A stretch of 64,000 nucleotides of DNA, taken from the NCBI GenBank assembly GCA_026391835.1, contig JAPLDF010000068.1, positions 188,101 to 252,100 of the forward strand. The letters run 5' to 3'. Shown piece after piece: positions 30,150 through 41,100 of this stretch. Under the pieces are notes generated by a model, which was given only the letters and a program-made list of their open reading frames with translations, ran no database searches and had not been told where the DNA came from. Made by a program: the position numbers and the translations under genes. This DNA comes from Bacteroidota bacterium. GTDB taxonomy: Bacteria; Bacteroidota; Bacteroidia; Bacteroidales; FEN-979. Position 1 is the first letter of the stretch. Every line of letters begins with the position of its first letter.

Positions 30150-31216
30150 GTATGAATTATATATTTCTCCTCTTTCCCCGCCTTTTTCAACAGTTCGTTT
30201 ATCTCCTTTTTGAGTTCGATCATTTTCAACTCCCTGTCAACCATGAGATGATTAAAATATTCGAGATCATCCGATTTCTTTTTCAGGGCAATTTCGGCAA
30301 GTTTACGTTCGGTGATATCCCTGATTGCGCCATCGATATGGTTGGGCTGGCCGCCGGCATCGAAAATTAACCGGGCATTGATGGAGGCATACCTGGTTTT
30401 GCCTGTTCTGGTTTTGAGTTTTAATTCATAGTCATTGAGGAATCCCCGTTGTGCGATCGTATCAAGGAAGATGAGCCGGTCGTCAGGGTTTTCGTAGAGA
30501 CTGGAAACGTTCATCCCAAGTATCTCATCCTTGTCAAAATCGCTGAAATGCTTAATGGACGGACTGATTTCAAGCACATTGCCCGAAAGGTCGGTGCGGT
30601 AGAACACATCCTGGACATTTTCGAAAATAGTCCTGTATTTTTCCTCGCTTTCCACCAGCTTTTCTTCAACCCTCCTGTGTTCGGTAAAATCAACTGCCGT
30701 CAGGAGGCACTGTTCTCCATCTTCGGCCATGATACCGGTCAGGTGCACATACATCGGCACATCTCCTACGCCCAACAACACAACTTCACAGGTTGTCTTT
30801 ACCTGGCTTTTAAACACCCTGTCGAGAAAATTGTTGTAGCCCGGGTGCGTTGCAGGGGAAACGAAAAACCCGAAAGTACTGTTTATCAAATGAGACCGGT
30901 CCTTGCCAAGCATCTTTGAGCCGCAAAGATTCAGTTCAAGAATGTTGCCTTCAATGGAAAGTGTGTAGTAGCCGGTGGGTGCAAAATCATATAATGCAGC
31001 ATACTTGGCCACTGCAGCTGCCGCCTCCTCTTTTGCCAGGATGAGCTCCTCATACTGCATTTCGAGCTCGATATGGTGTACTTCCAGCTCGTGAATAAGC
31101 CTGATCATCTGTGATTCGGAAAGTTCGACATCGACATTTTCCAACTTCCTTTTCAGCAACTCCTCGGCTTTGTGGCGCAGGAGCGCAGCAGCTTCTGCAA
31201 GAGTGTCTTTTTTCAT
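30146..31216 (-). CDS. PAS-domain signalling protein (no output domain)
   Basis: Contains the coiled-coil plus PAS cassette LIHELEVHHIELEMQYEEL...YAALYDFAPTGYYTL and a second PAS. It has an ATGA overlap with the GH38 gene. Confidence 0.75.
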   Translation of the reverse strand: MKKDTLAEAAALLRHKAEELLKRKLENVDVELSESQMIRLIHELEVHHIELEMQYEELILAKEEAAAAVAKYAALYDFAPTGYYTLSIEGNILELNLCGSKMLGKDRSHLINSTFGFFVSPATHPGYNNFLDRVFKSQVKTTCEVVLLGVGDVPMYVHLTGIMAEDGEQCLLTAVDFTEHRRVEEKLVESEEKYRTIFENVQDVFYRTDLSGNVLEISPSIKHFSDFDKDEILGMNVSSLYENPDDRLIFLDTIAQRGFLNDYELKLKTRTGKTRYASINARLIFDAGGQPNHIDGAIRDITERKLAEIALKKKSDDLEYFNHLMVDRELKMIELKKEINELLKKAGKEEKYIIHT

Positions 31217-31274
31217 GGCAACCTGAATTAACGGTTACAAAAGAACGGGTTCTGATCCTTTTTGGTATCGGGGT

Positions 31275-32891
31275 TCAAATCCATACCAGGTTTTTGGTAA
31301 TCGTAAAATAAAAAACACTGCCTTCGCCGGGCTTCGATTCCACCCATATTTTTCCTCCGTGCAATTCCACTATTTTTTTGCAGTGGGAGAGCCCGATGCC
31401 GGTTCCTTCATATTCATCCCTGTTATGCAACCGTTTGAAGATGACAAAAATCTTTTCAGCATCTTTCTCCTCAATGCCGATGCCATTGTCGGCCACCGAA
31501 AACAGCCATTCCTTTTCGCCGGATACGGCTGAAATTCTGATTTCCGGGGCAGCATTCTTTTTCCTGAACTTGATGGCATTGTTGATGAGGTTTTGGAACA
31601 GGAGCCTTAATTCGGTGGCATAGCCCATGATCGCGGGCAGGTCCGAAACAGTAATTTGCGCATGGCATGCATTTATTGCATTGGCAATATCGGAAATAAC
31701 CTCCCCGACAATTTTATTGCAGTCAACAGGTGCAACCACCCGCTCTTTCCCCAGCAGGGAATATTCAAGCAATCCCCTGACAAGCTCCCGCATCCGACCG
31801 GCCGAATTAAATATGAAATCAATGTACTGATCCCCCGTTTTATCGAGTTTCCCGGTGTACTCCTCCCTGATCAGCTCGGTAAAGTTGGTGAGGGTGCGCA
31901 AGGGTTCCTGCAGGTCGTGGGAGGCAATGTAGGTAAACTGTTCTATCTCCCTGGTATGAAAAGCAAGTTCCTTGTTGATGGTCTCCAGCTGGATGGTACG
32001 CTCAGCCACGCGTTGTTCAAGGGTTTCGTTCAGTTTGCGGATCTCACCTTCCGCCCGTTTGCGCAGGGTGATATCCATCATCATGCCCACAATAACATCC
32101 CCTGAAACAAAAGCGCTGATCAAAACAACAATGGGATTGCCTTTCTTTGTTACCAAATCAAGCTCAACATCGGCTACCTGTTTTGACGTTTTTATTCTTT
32201 CAATAAATTTCGTCCTCTCTTCGTTATTCCTGTATACGGAAACAGCATTTGCATGCGAAATCTCCTCAACGGATCCATACTCCAGCATTTGACACAATGC
32301 TTCATTTGCAAACAAATACCTGCCTTCAAGGTTTGTCGAATAGATGCCGATGGGGGCGTTCTGGACAAGGTCCCTGTACTTTTTTTCAGAAATCCGCAGG
32401 GCCTCCTCAATTTGCTTGAGGTTGGTGATGTCGACCACGGTGACCAGGCACTGGTTCAGATCCCCGGCCGCGATGCCTGTAAGATAAGCATGCATTGGAG
32501 GCCGGCCTTCCGCCGACAGGATCACCTCGCAGGTTTCTTTGACATTACTTGTAAAAACCCTGCCGAGAAACTGATTGAACGCTGGTTTAGTTCCGGCAGA
32601 TATAAAAAATCCGAAATTGCTGTTTTTCAGGTGCGACCGTTCTTTGCCAAGCATGGCGGCCCCGTATAGGTTTACCTCGACAATTTCAGCTGCATTTTTG
32701 AGGGTGAAAAAGCCAGAAGGGGCAAAATCGTACAATTCAGTGTATTTTTCCGCCGATTCCTGCGCCGCTGATCTTGCCAGGATGAGCTCTTCATTCTGCA
32801 ACTCCAGCTCGATCTGGTGAACCTCCAGCTCATGAATAAGTTTTAACTCCGGTTCGGTTTTCTTCCCGGTCTCTTTCTCGGTTTTTTTCAT
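31275..32891 (-). CDS. PAS sensor histidine kinase
   Basis: Same N-terminal cassette. HisKA H-box FTYIASHDLQEPLR, N-box LINNAIKF and G-boxes DNGIGI and GTGIGL. Confidence 0.9.
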   Translation of the reverse strand: MKKTEKETGKKTEPELKLIHELEVHQIELELQNEELILARSAAQESAEKYTELYDFAPSGFFTLKNAAEIVEVNLYGAAMLGKERSHLKNSNFGFFISAGTKPAFNQFLGRVFTSNVKETCEVILSAEGRPPMHAYLTGIAAGDLNQCLVTVVDITNLKQIEEALRISEKKYRDLVQNAPIGIYSTNLEGRYLFANEALCQMLEYGSVEEISHANAVSVYRNNEERTKFIERIKTSKQVADVELDLVTKKGNPIVVLISAFVSGDVIVGMMMDITLRKRAEGEIRKLNETLEQRVAERTIQLETINKELAFHTREIEQFTYIASHDLQEPLRTLTNFTELIREEYTGKLDKTGDQYIDFIFNSAGRMRELVRGLLEYSLLGKERVVAPVDCNKIVGEVISDIANAINACHAQITVSDLPAIMGYATELRLLFQNLINNAIKFRKKNAAPEIRISAVSGEKEWLFSVADNGIGIEEKDAEKIFVIFKRLHNRDEYEGTGIGLSHCKKIVELHGGKIWVESKPGEGSVFYFTITKNLVWI

Positions 32892-34372
32892 GATTTTTTC
32901 CCGGAAGCGTCTTTAACCCCTTTCTGGCTGATGATTTCGCGGATGTTGCACTGGATTACTTTGAGCTTGTTTTCGGAATATGCGTTGCTGATAAATTCAA
33001 CATTGATCTTGCGTCCGTCGGCCGTCTCAAGCGGAAAATTGTCATACCGCACAAATTCCTTCCGTTGCAATTCATTGAATTTATCCCTGTTGGCAACGAT
33101 GTCTTTAAAGAAACCTATTTCCCATATAGCTTTTTCAACAAATTCCGCTTTTGTGTATCCCAGCAATTCAATCAGGAACGGATTCACATCGATGATCTTC
33201 CCGGTTTCATAATTCAGGATGATGATACCGTCTTTTGTCGATTCAAAGAGGCCCCGGTAACGGGTTTCTGATATTTCCAGCGCCTTTTCCTTTGTTTCAA
33301 GTGCGGCAAAGGTTTCTTTCAGTTGTAATTCCAAATTTTTCGCTGTCGTGATTTCAGAAAAGGTCATCACCAGTCCGTCGATGCGGTCGTCGACAGTACG
33401 GTATGGCATGATCCGTATGTTAAACCACCTGTTGTCGCGTGTTTCGATGGCCTTTTCAACCGCGATGAGGGTTTTGATCACCTGCCTGGCATCATGCTCG
33501 ATCTGGGGATACTGCAGATCAGAGACAATGTCGGTAAAGGGCCTGCCGATATCCGGTTTGCGCAGTTTGATGATGCTCACCACCTGGTCGGTGAACCTGC
33601 GGATGTTCAACTCCCTGTCGAGGAAAAGCGTGGCAATCTCGGTACTGTTGAGCAGGTTTTTCATGTCGTCGTTTGCCTGGACAAAGTCGCTGACCTTGGA
33701 CCGCAGTTCGATGTTTATTGTTTGCAGCTCCTCGTTGAGGCTCTGCATCTCCTCCTTCGAAGTGGTGAGCTCCTCGTTGGTGGATTGCAGCTCTTCGTTG
33801 GTTGACTGCAGCTCCTCGTTGGTCGATTTCAGCTCCTCCTGCGAGGTTTGCATCTCTTCGCGGGTGCTTTGCATGTCTTCATAACTTCGATGCAGTTTTA
33901 ATTCAAGTTCTTTAATTTTACCGGACGAAGCCCCTTTCCGGATTTTCGCACTCACTGTTTCATGGGCTATCATCGCCGGTACGTCTGTAAATACCACCAT
34001 CACCAATCCACGGATTGATTCAGGACTTTCGATGCGCTGAACGGTGACATCCACAAACTGGGTTCCGCCGTTGGTTCCCACCTTCATGTTCCGCAACACC
34101 ACCGGGTCAAAATGCTGCATTGCCTTGCGGAAAGCCCCGGGCAGGTCATGCCTGAGTCCTTCGCGTGCCATCGCATGGATGTTCCAGTTTGCCTTGCCTG
34201 CAACCGGTTCAAGGTATTTCCCGGTGCGCCCCGTGATGTAGATGATGTCGCCCTTGCCGTTTACCAGCACACTTGCCGGCGCAAAACGCTGGAGTAAGAT
34301 CTGGTCGGCAAGTGAATGCAGGTTTTCGACAACCTCGGGCACTGATTTCATGACTTTTGTCACTTTATTCAC
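32888..34372 (-). CDS. PAS / coiled-coil / PAS signalling protein (likely the C-terminal part of the upstream CheB-CheR fusion)
   Basis: Heptad repeats TNEELQSTNEELQSTNEEL are typical of CheBR-PAS fusion proteins. The ORF is in frame with 34403..35953 and separated from it only by a TAG plus 10 sense codons. Confidence 0.8.
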   Translation of the reverse strand: MNKVTKVMKSVPEVVENLHSLADQILLQRFAPASVLVNGKGDIIYITGRTGKYLEPVAGKANWNIHAMAREGLRHDLPGAFRKAMQHFDPVVLRNMKVGTNGGTQFVDVTVQRIESPESIRGLVMVVFTDVPAMIAHETVSAKIRKGASSGKIKELELKLHRSYEDMQSTREEMQTSQEELKSTNEELQSTNEELQSTNEELTTSKEEMQSLNEELQTINIELRSKVSDFVQANDDMKNLLNSTEIATLFLDRELNIRRFTDQVVSIIKLRKPDIGRPFTDIVSDLQYPQIEHDARQVIKTLIAVEKAIETRDNRWFNIRIMPYRTVDDRIDGLVMTFSEITTAKNLELQLKETFAALETKEKALEISETRYRGLFESTKDGIIILNYETGKIIDVNPFLIELLGYTKAEFVEKAIWEIGFFKDIVANRDKFNELQRKEFVRYDNFPLETADGRKINVEFISNAYSENKLKVIQCNIREIISQKGVKDASGKKS

Positions 34373-34402
34373 GCGGGAGAAGGAACTTGGGAAATCGATG
34401 AC

Positions 34403-35890
34403 CTAGTGGGGCAGCGGAGCGGCCGTTCGCCTGTAAAACTTCAGGCGGGAATCAATCTCTTCAAACCCTTCTTTATGGGCTCCATGGTTTTCGGCACTGC
34501 CAAGCAATAAGGTCCCTCCCGGGTTGAGGCTGTAATTAAACAATACCATCAATTTTTCCTGCAGGGCCGGCTCCATGTAAATCAGCATGTTCCGGCAGGT
34601 AAGGATGTCAAGTTTTGTAAAAGGCGGGTCCTTGATCACATTCTGTGTGGCGAACACCACCATTTCGCGGATGGCAGTATTCACATGGAACCCATCGCTT
34701 TCATCTGTGAAGTAACTGTCGAGCCGTTGAGGGGAGACATCGTTTGCAATGTTTTTGGCAAAAACACCTCTTCGGGCCACCTCGATCGCATCCTGGTCCA
34801 GGTCGGTGGCAAATATCTGCAAGGTCAGCTTTTTATGTTTTGTAAGTTTCGCCATGACCTCCTTAAAAACAATTGCCAGTGAATAAGCTTCTTCGCCGGA
34901 GGAGCAGCCCGGGACCCAGGCGCGCATCATGTATCCGTCGGGCAGTTCATCAACCATGGCCGGAAGGATGGCCTCTTTCAGGTATTCCCATACGGCCGCA
35001 TCGCGAAAAAAGCTGGTAACACCGATCAGCAGCTCTTTGAAAAGTATTTCAGTTTCCTTTGGATTCTCCTGCATGAAGCGGACATAGTTCTGGATCTTGT
35101 CGATCTGGTGTATGCCTTTGCGCCGTTCGATGCGGCGAATCAGCGTATTTTTCTTATACTGTGAGAAATCGTGTCCCGACTGTTCACGCAGCAGCAGGAT
35201 GATTTTATCGAGGTTGCTTTTATTTTTACTGTCCAGTTCGGGATCAGGGTGTATTACCGGGATATACTTCAGGAAAGTGATCAGTTTGCCCGGCAATTCT
35301 GCGGCAGGGGCTACAATATCCGCAGCAACTGCTTCAGCTGCACTGCGGGGCATGCCGTCGAATTTTGCCGAATCCGGATCCTGTATCATGACCACCCCGT
35401 TTTTTTCCTTGATCGCTTTGAGTCCCAGGCTGCCGTCGGAACCCATGCCTGATAGAATAATGCCAATGCTTTTCTCCTCCCGGTCGGCGGCAAGTGAACG
35501 AAAAAAGACATCAACAGGCAAACGCAGTCCGCGGGATTCAACAGGGGCAAACAGCTGCAGGGTTCCGTTGAGCATCGACATACTCTTGTTCGGTGGTATC
35601 ACATAGAGGCAGTTGGGTTTTATTTTGAGCCCGTCGGTTGCCTGGAATACCTTCATGGGGGTGATGCGCTGCAACAGTTCGGGCATGATGCCGGCATGGT
35701 TGGGATCGAGGTGCTGGATCACGACGAATGCCATCCCGCTGTCAACGGGCATGTTCTCGAAAAAGTTTTCCAGTGCTTCCAGGCCACCTGCTGAGGCGCC
35801 AATGCCTACAATGGGGAAGTCGCTGAGAACGCTCCCGGCATGTGTTTTTTCTTTAACCGGTTTTGCTGATTTTGGCTTTCTGGTGGTCAT
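34403..35890 (-). CDS. CheB methylesterase - CheR methyltransferase fusion protein
   Basis: CheB block IVGIGASAGGLEAL...VVIQHL and a CheR SAM-binding block RAWVPGCSSGEEAYSLAI. The likely start is the ATG at 35890 (MTTRKPKS). The ORF track extends it to 35953. Confidence 0.85.
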   Translation of the reverse strand: MTTRKPKSAKPVKEKTHAGSVLSDFPIVGIGASAGGLEALENFFENMPVDSGMAFVVIQHLDPNHAGIMPELLQRITPMKVFQATDGLKIKPNCLYVIPPNKSMSMLNGTLQLFAPVESRGLRLPVDVFFRSLAADREEKSIGIILSGMGSDGSLGLKAIKEKNGVVMIQDPDSAKFDGMPRSAAEAVAADIVAPAAELPGKLITFLKYIPVIHPDPELDSKNKSNLDKIILLLREQSGHDFSQYKKNTLIRRIERRKGIHQIDKIQNYVRFMQENPKETEILFKELLIGVTSFFRDAAVWEYLKEAILPAMVDELPDGYMMRAWVPGCSSGEEAYSLAIVFKEVMAKLTKHKKLTLQIFATDLDQDAIEVARRGVFAKNIANDVSPQRLDSYFTDESDGFHVNTAIREMVVFATQNVIKDPPFTKLDILTCRNMLIYMEPALQEKLMVLFNYSLNPGGTLLLGSAENHGAHKEGFEEIDSRLKFYRRTAAPLPH

Positions 35891-36122
35891 GGTGGGTGGG
35901 TTGTTGACTGAAATTATGAAAGGCCGGAAAAAATGATTGGTAAAGATAAGCATATATTACATAAACAGCATACCATGGTGCAGCAAAGAAGAAATAACCC
36001 TGCATAAGCATTAAGCCATAACCGGGAAAACAAATTACCAATATGTTTTATTTTGCTATTACACAGGCCTAACATTTTCGTGGCGCGCCGTGTCTTCTCC
36101 GTTTCGGCATTTGGTTGGGGAT

Positions 36123-36600
36123 ACGGTTAGGATTTGTTACACGAAGGTCCGCGAAGGAAACACGAAGGTCCACGAAGAAGTCACGAAGGTCCACGAAGGA
36201 TTTTGAATCCATATTTATATGAAAAGAGGGTTGAAAAGTAATTGATACAAAATGCCCCCTCCCCGATCCTCCCCTTGGAGGCTATGCTTTAAACAAATCT
36301 TTCCCAGCCAAAATAAATTGCTGAAAGTATGATTACCTTTTCCTGTTTTTCCGATTAGGCAATAATTAAGGATAGCAATATCCCTTTTGATTAATTAACC
36401 TGGTGTTAACCCCTCTGTGCTTCTCCTTGTGGGCTCTGTGTTTCTCCGTGCAACAAATAATTACACGGAGGTTCACGGAGATCTTGAGAGAACCACAGAG
36501 ACAAAAAACGGAATGATGGAACTTCTAAAGCATTATATAAACATTGTTCTTCGTGGCTCTTCGTGATTCCTTCGTGGACCTTCGTGTAATCTAACCGTGG
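36123..36600. repeat. nested inverted-repeat element built from CACGAAG / CACGGAG / CACAGAG units
   Basis: The left arm (36123-36200) and the reverse complement of the right arm (36545-36600) share acggttag..acacgaaggtccacgaagga. An inner imperfect hairpin lies at about 36412-36500. Left-arm units recur every 10-11 bp. Confidence 0.7.
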
Positions 36601-36609
36601 CCGGATGGT

Positions 36610-38103
36610 TTATGAGACAACCGGCAATGAAAAGTAAAAGGCAGATCCCTTGTTTTTTTCTGATTCCAGCCTGATTTCTGCGCCCATCAACTTCAGCAAC
36701 CCCCTGGTGATCGACAGCCCCAGCCCGCTCCCTTCGTGGCCACGGGTAAGTGAACCATCTTCCTGCACAAAATGTTCAAAGATGGTTGCCTGTACTTCCG
36801 GGTCGATGCCCGTCCCGGTATCTTTGACAAAGAAATCCAGGGTACCTTCCTTTTTTTCAAAGCCAAACGAAACAGTGCCCCGGCTTGTAAATTCAATGGC
36901 ATTGCCGATGAGGTGCGAGAATACTTTTCGCAGCATTTCGGCATCGGATTTCACATGGTAGCTCCCGGCATCCGGTGGCAGGAGAAGCTCCATGACCAGG
37001 CCCGCGGCGGCAAAGGCAGGCCTGAACTGGTCACCCATCTCAATTAACAATTTTTCAGGAGCAAATACCGTTTCCTTCACCGCCAGGTTCCCCGAAACAA
37101 TAAGTGCCGTGTCCATGTAATTTGTGACAGTTTTGATGAGCCGGTCACTGCTCGATTGTAAAATCGCAAAGTATTCTTCCTTTTCCTCCTGCGAAAGGCT
37201 GTCGTCGAGGAGTACCTGGTACATCCCAAGGATTCCGTTCAGCGGGGTGCGGATTTCGTGTGAAATACTGCTGATGAACTCTGTTTTCAGCCGGTCGCTG
37301 GCCTCCGCCCGCTCCTTTGCCGCCTTCAGTTCGGAGATCATCGCTTTTTTCCCGGTTACATCCTCCTTAATGGCAACATAGTGGGTGATGCTCCCGCCTG
37401 CGTCGAATACAGGTGAAATGGCCACCGACTCCCAGTAAAGCTCACCGGTTTTCTTCCTGTTGTGAAATTCTCCATGCCACTGGTTGCCTGCACTGATGGT
37501 ATCCCAGAGGTCCTTGTATACAATGTACGGAACTTCGCCCGACTGCAAGACACGCGGATTTTTACCCAGGAGTTCCTCACGGCTGTAGCCGGCCGTTTCA
37601 CAAGCCCAGGGGTTGACAAATTCAATATTGCCATCACGGTCGGTGATCACGATGGAAACAGAACTTTGTTCCACCGCACGGGAGAGTTTCCTTCGTTCAT
37701 TCTCGGCAAGATTTTTTTCGCGGAGCAGTGCTGCTTCATGCAGCGCTCTTTTAATGGCCGGCACGAGGCGCTGCAATTTTGTTTTGAACACATAATCAAC
37801 TGCCCCGTTCAGCAGGGATGCGATGGCGGCATCTTCACCCATCACCCCGCTAACAAAGATAAACGGCACCTCGGAGTACCTGCTCTTTACCAGGGCAAGG
37901 GCATCTGTTCCCGAATAGTCAGGAAGTTCATAATCAGACAGGACAATATCTATTTTCTTCTCTTCCAGCGCTTTGATAAAAGCAGCCGCCGAGTCGGCAA
38001 AGTGATAGTCGAACGAGTCAAATCCCTTTTTGATTTCAGCTTTTACCAAAATTGAATCGGCAAGCTGGTCCTCGAGGTGCAGGATGCATATCTTGTTCTC
38101 CAT
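36610..38103 (-). CDS. hybrid response-regulator receiver / PAS / histidine kinase
   Basis: REC domain (DIVLSDYELPDYSG), a PAS domain (GKNPRVLQSG...W.GEFHNRKKTGE), H-box ISHEIRTPLN and an HATPase domain. The likely start is ATG 38103 (MENKICIL). Confidence 0.85.
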   Translation of the reverse strand: MENKICILHLEDQLADSILVKAEIKKGFDSFDYHFADSAAAFIKALEEKKIDIVLSDYELPDYSGTDALALVKSRYSEVPFIFVSGVMGEDAAIASLLNGAVDYVFKTKLQRLVPAIKRALHEAALLREKNLAENERRKLSRAVEQSSVSIVITDRDGNIEFVNPWACETAGYSREELLGKNPRVLQSGEVPYIVYKDLWDTISAGNQWHGEFHNRKKTGELYWESVAISPVFDAGGSITHYVAIKEDVTGKKAMISELKAAKERAEASDRLKTEFISSISHEIRTPLNGILGMYQVLLDDSLSQEEKEEYFAILQSSSDRLIKTVTNYMDTALIVSGNLAVKETVFAPEKLLIEMGDQFRPAFAAAGLVMELLLPPDAGSYHVKSDAEMLRKVFSHLIGNAIEFTSRGTVSFGFEKKEGTLDFFVKDTGTGIDPEVQATIFEHFVQEDGSLTRGHEGSGLGLSITRGLLKLMGAEIRLESEKNKGSAFYFSLPVVS

Positions 38104-38113
38104 GGTGTAAGGC

Positions 38114-41100
38114 TCAGGCTGGCAAGGTAAAGAAAAAAGTTGAACCCTTTTCCACTTCTCCCGTGGCACCACAATATCCCCCGTGGCGGGTTACAATGCT
38201 GTTTACATTGGCCAGCCCTACACCGATGCCTTCAAAATCGCCGGGCCGGTGCAACCGCTTGAACACACCAAAGAGCCGCCCTGCAAATTGCATGTCAAAC
38301 CCTGCCCCATTGTCTTTTACAAAATAAGTAATCTTGCCATCCTGTTTTGTGCTCCCGATTTCAATGAAGGCTTCCGGCTTTTTGCCTGTATATTTTATCG
38401 CGTTCGAAATCAGGTTGACCCATACCTGCCTGATAAGTTGTTCATCACCCCGGCTGTCATGAACCGTTCCGATGGTGAACGAAACAGCCCTGTCGCGGGT
38501 TTCCGGTTCAAAAAAACTGATAACCTGCTTGACCAGCGAAGCGTTGTTGATATTGGTTTTTCGCAATTCGGCACGGTTGAGCTTTGAGAAAGAGAGCAAC
38601 GCATCAATGAGCAGGCTCATTTCTGAAGAACCCTTTGAAATGATATCCATATATTGAAGTTCCTCAGGGGAATTTCCCGTTTTCAGTTCCTTCAACAGGC
38701 CTATAAAGCCGTTGATATGACGCAGCGGGGCCCGCAAATCGTGTGAAATCGAATAAGAAAATGCGTCCAGTTCCTTGTTGGCGGCCTCAAGCTGGGAGGT
38801 GCGTTCATCCACCCGCAATTCAAGCTCTGCGTTTAATTCATGCAGCTGTTCCGCAGCATATTTTCGCTCGGTGATGTCGGAATCGGCACCCAGGTATCCA
38901 AGCAAACCGCCATGCTCATCAAGGATGGGGATGCCGTTGGTACTCACAAAAATCCGGGTACCATCAGGTTTCAGGATTAGGTTCACGAAGTCGCAGAAAC
39001 GCTCTTTTCGGCTGAACATCTCAAGGGCCGCAGCCTTGAATTGCTCCCTTTGATATTCGGGGTGCAGCTCATAGAAATGAAGTTTCCCGACCATCTGATC
39101 GGGGGTATAGCCATATACTGGCAAGGCCAGCGGGCTTACATAGGTGTACAACCCGGCAGCGTCAACTTCCCAGACAACCTCATGGCTCTGCTCGACTACC
39201 TGCCGGAACCGCTCTTCGCTTTTTTCAAGTTGCAGCCGGGCCTGCTTTGTTTCGGTAATGTCCCTGAATACCCCGTATGCACCAAGGTAATTGCGGTGCT
39301 CATCGAATTTTGGCGAAGTACTGACATTGAGGAATTTTTCAGTGCCTTTTTTCGTAACGATTTGAATTTCATAGGCGCCTGTAAGTCCACCCTTCCTGAA
39401 CTGTGTCTGCTGCCTGATTTTTTCAGTTTCACCGGGTGTTAAAAAATCGAACAACGAAGTTCCGACCAGTTCGCCGTCACCTGTCTCAAAGATCTTTTCG
39501 GCAGCGGGATTGGCAAATTCAAAAATTTCATTGTTATCGGTAAAACCTATTCCTTCGGCCTGGAACTGAATAATTTCTTTAAATCTCTTCTCGCTCTCTT
39601 CGGTTTTTTCCCTTGCTTTTTCCAGTTCCTCTTCAACCTGTTTCCGGTGGGAAATATCGCGGATGATAAAAAGCATGCTGGTGGGTTTCCCTTCGGCATT
39701 CCTGATAAACTCTGTATTGACCTCCACATCAAAAATACTTCCGTCGGACTTTACACCATGGAATTCACCCAGGCCGCTGGAAAGGCCCTGGTGCATTCGG
39801 GCAATCTCCGTCTGGGCCGCCCGGTAATCATCGGGAATGAGGAACTCAAGGATATTGCGGTTAAACAATTGTTCACTGTTTTCGTAGCCAAACATCGTCA
39901 ACGCCTTGGGGGAGGTGAAGAGGATGTTTCCCTCCAAATCGGCAATGGTGATGTCGTCGGGCGAAGCGTTGAGGATGGAACGGTAAAGTGCTTCACTCTT
40001 ATGAAGGACATCCTCTGTTTGTTTTCGCTGGGTGATGTCCTGCCCTTGTGCGATGGTTGCGATAGGTGTGACACCATCGGGTGCGAAGAGGGTTGCGGAA
40101 TTCCAGAGCACAATCCGTACAGAATTGTCGCGGTGCAGGATCCTGATCTCAACCGATTCCCACCGCTGGCCGGTTGAAGTATGCCGGATAAGGGCCATCG
40201 AATGTTCCACAAATCCAGGCGGAAAAAGAATTTTCAGCGATTTTCCGCGCACTTCCGCCTCGGTGCGGCCGGTGAGGAATTCAAAGGCGTGGTTGAAGCG
40301 GGTGATGCATAGTTGCGGGTTCCAGACAATGATGGGGGCATTGGCATAGTTGATCAGGTTTTCGAGATAGGCATTGGTTTCCCACAGGGACTGTTCGCCC
40401 TTTTTTCTTTCGGTGATATCGTTGATGCTCGAAAGAATGAAGGGCTCATTGTTCAACTGAATAACCTGGGAGGAGACCAGCCCTGTCAGGATCTGGCCAT
40501 CCTTTTTACGGAACAGGTTTTCCATTCCTGAAACATCCCTGCCTGCTTTCAGTTCCGCTATCACCTTGTCACGATCACTGATATCTGCCCAGAGTTTCAG
40601 CCCGACGGATGAATCATTCATCGCTTCTTCCTTTGTATAACCGGTAATCGCAGTAAACGCACGGTTGACTTCGATAAACTTCCCGTCTGCCATCCGTGTG
40701 ATGGTAACGGCATAGGGCGCCGTCTGGAAAGCTCTTGCGTATCGTTCTTCGCTCTGTCGCAATAGTTCCTCAGCCTGCTTCCGCATGGTTATGTCAACCA
40801 TTGTCGCAAGGCACTGCCCCCCGCTTCCGGAGAGCCTGCCATCCATGTGCACAGAAATGGGCTGCCGGTCCTCAACCTCAAGCGTCACTTCGCAGGTTGC
40901 ACCTGACATGTCTGTGAATATGGATTGAAAAAAGTCATTAAACAAATGCCGGGTATCGTCAGAAACAAAGAAGGCAAAGGTGCTTCCTGTCAACCGTGAC
41001 GACTCTTTCCCAATCATGCGGGCACATGCGTGGTTTAATTTCAGGATTTCACCGGACGGGGAGAGTACGAGATAACCTGACGGCGCATAATCATACAGTT

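Noticed and set aside
35954-36122. Possible tRNA or small RNA gene in the long intergenic regions (also 15580-15791, 17283-17536 and 55162-55487).
   Set aside because: Reading both strands showed no cloverleaf-compatible stems, no GTTCRANNC T-loop box and no conserved RNA motifs. This is not a substitute for tRNAscan or Infernal.
36610-38103. LOV-type blue-light PAS domain in the kinase downstream of the gvp locus, which would have been attractive for buoyancy control.
   Set aside because: The motif is GKNPRVLQSG. It has Pro where LOV domains carry the flavin-adduct Cys (GRNCRFLQG). No NCRFL motif exists in any PAS protein of the window.
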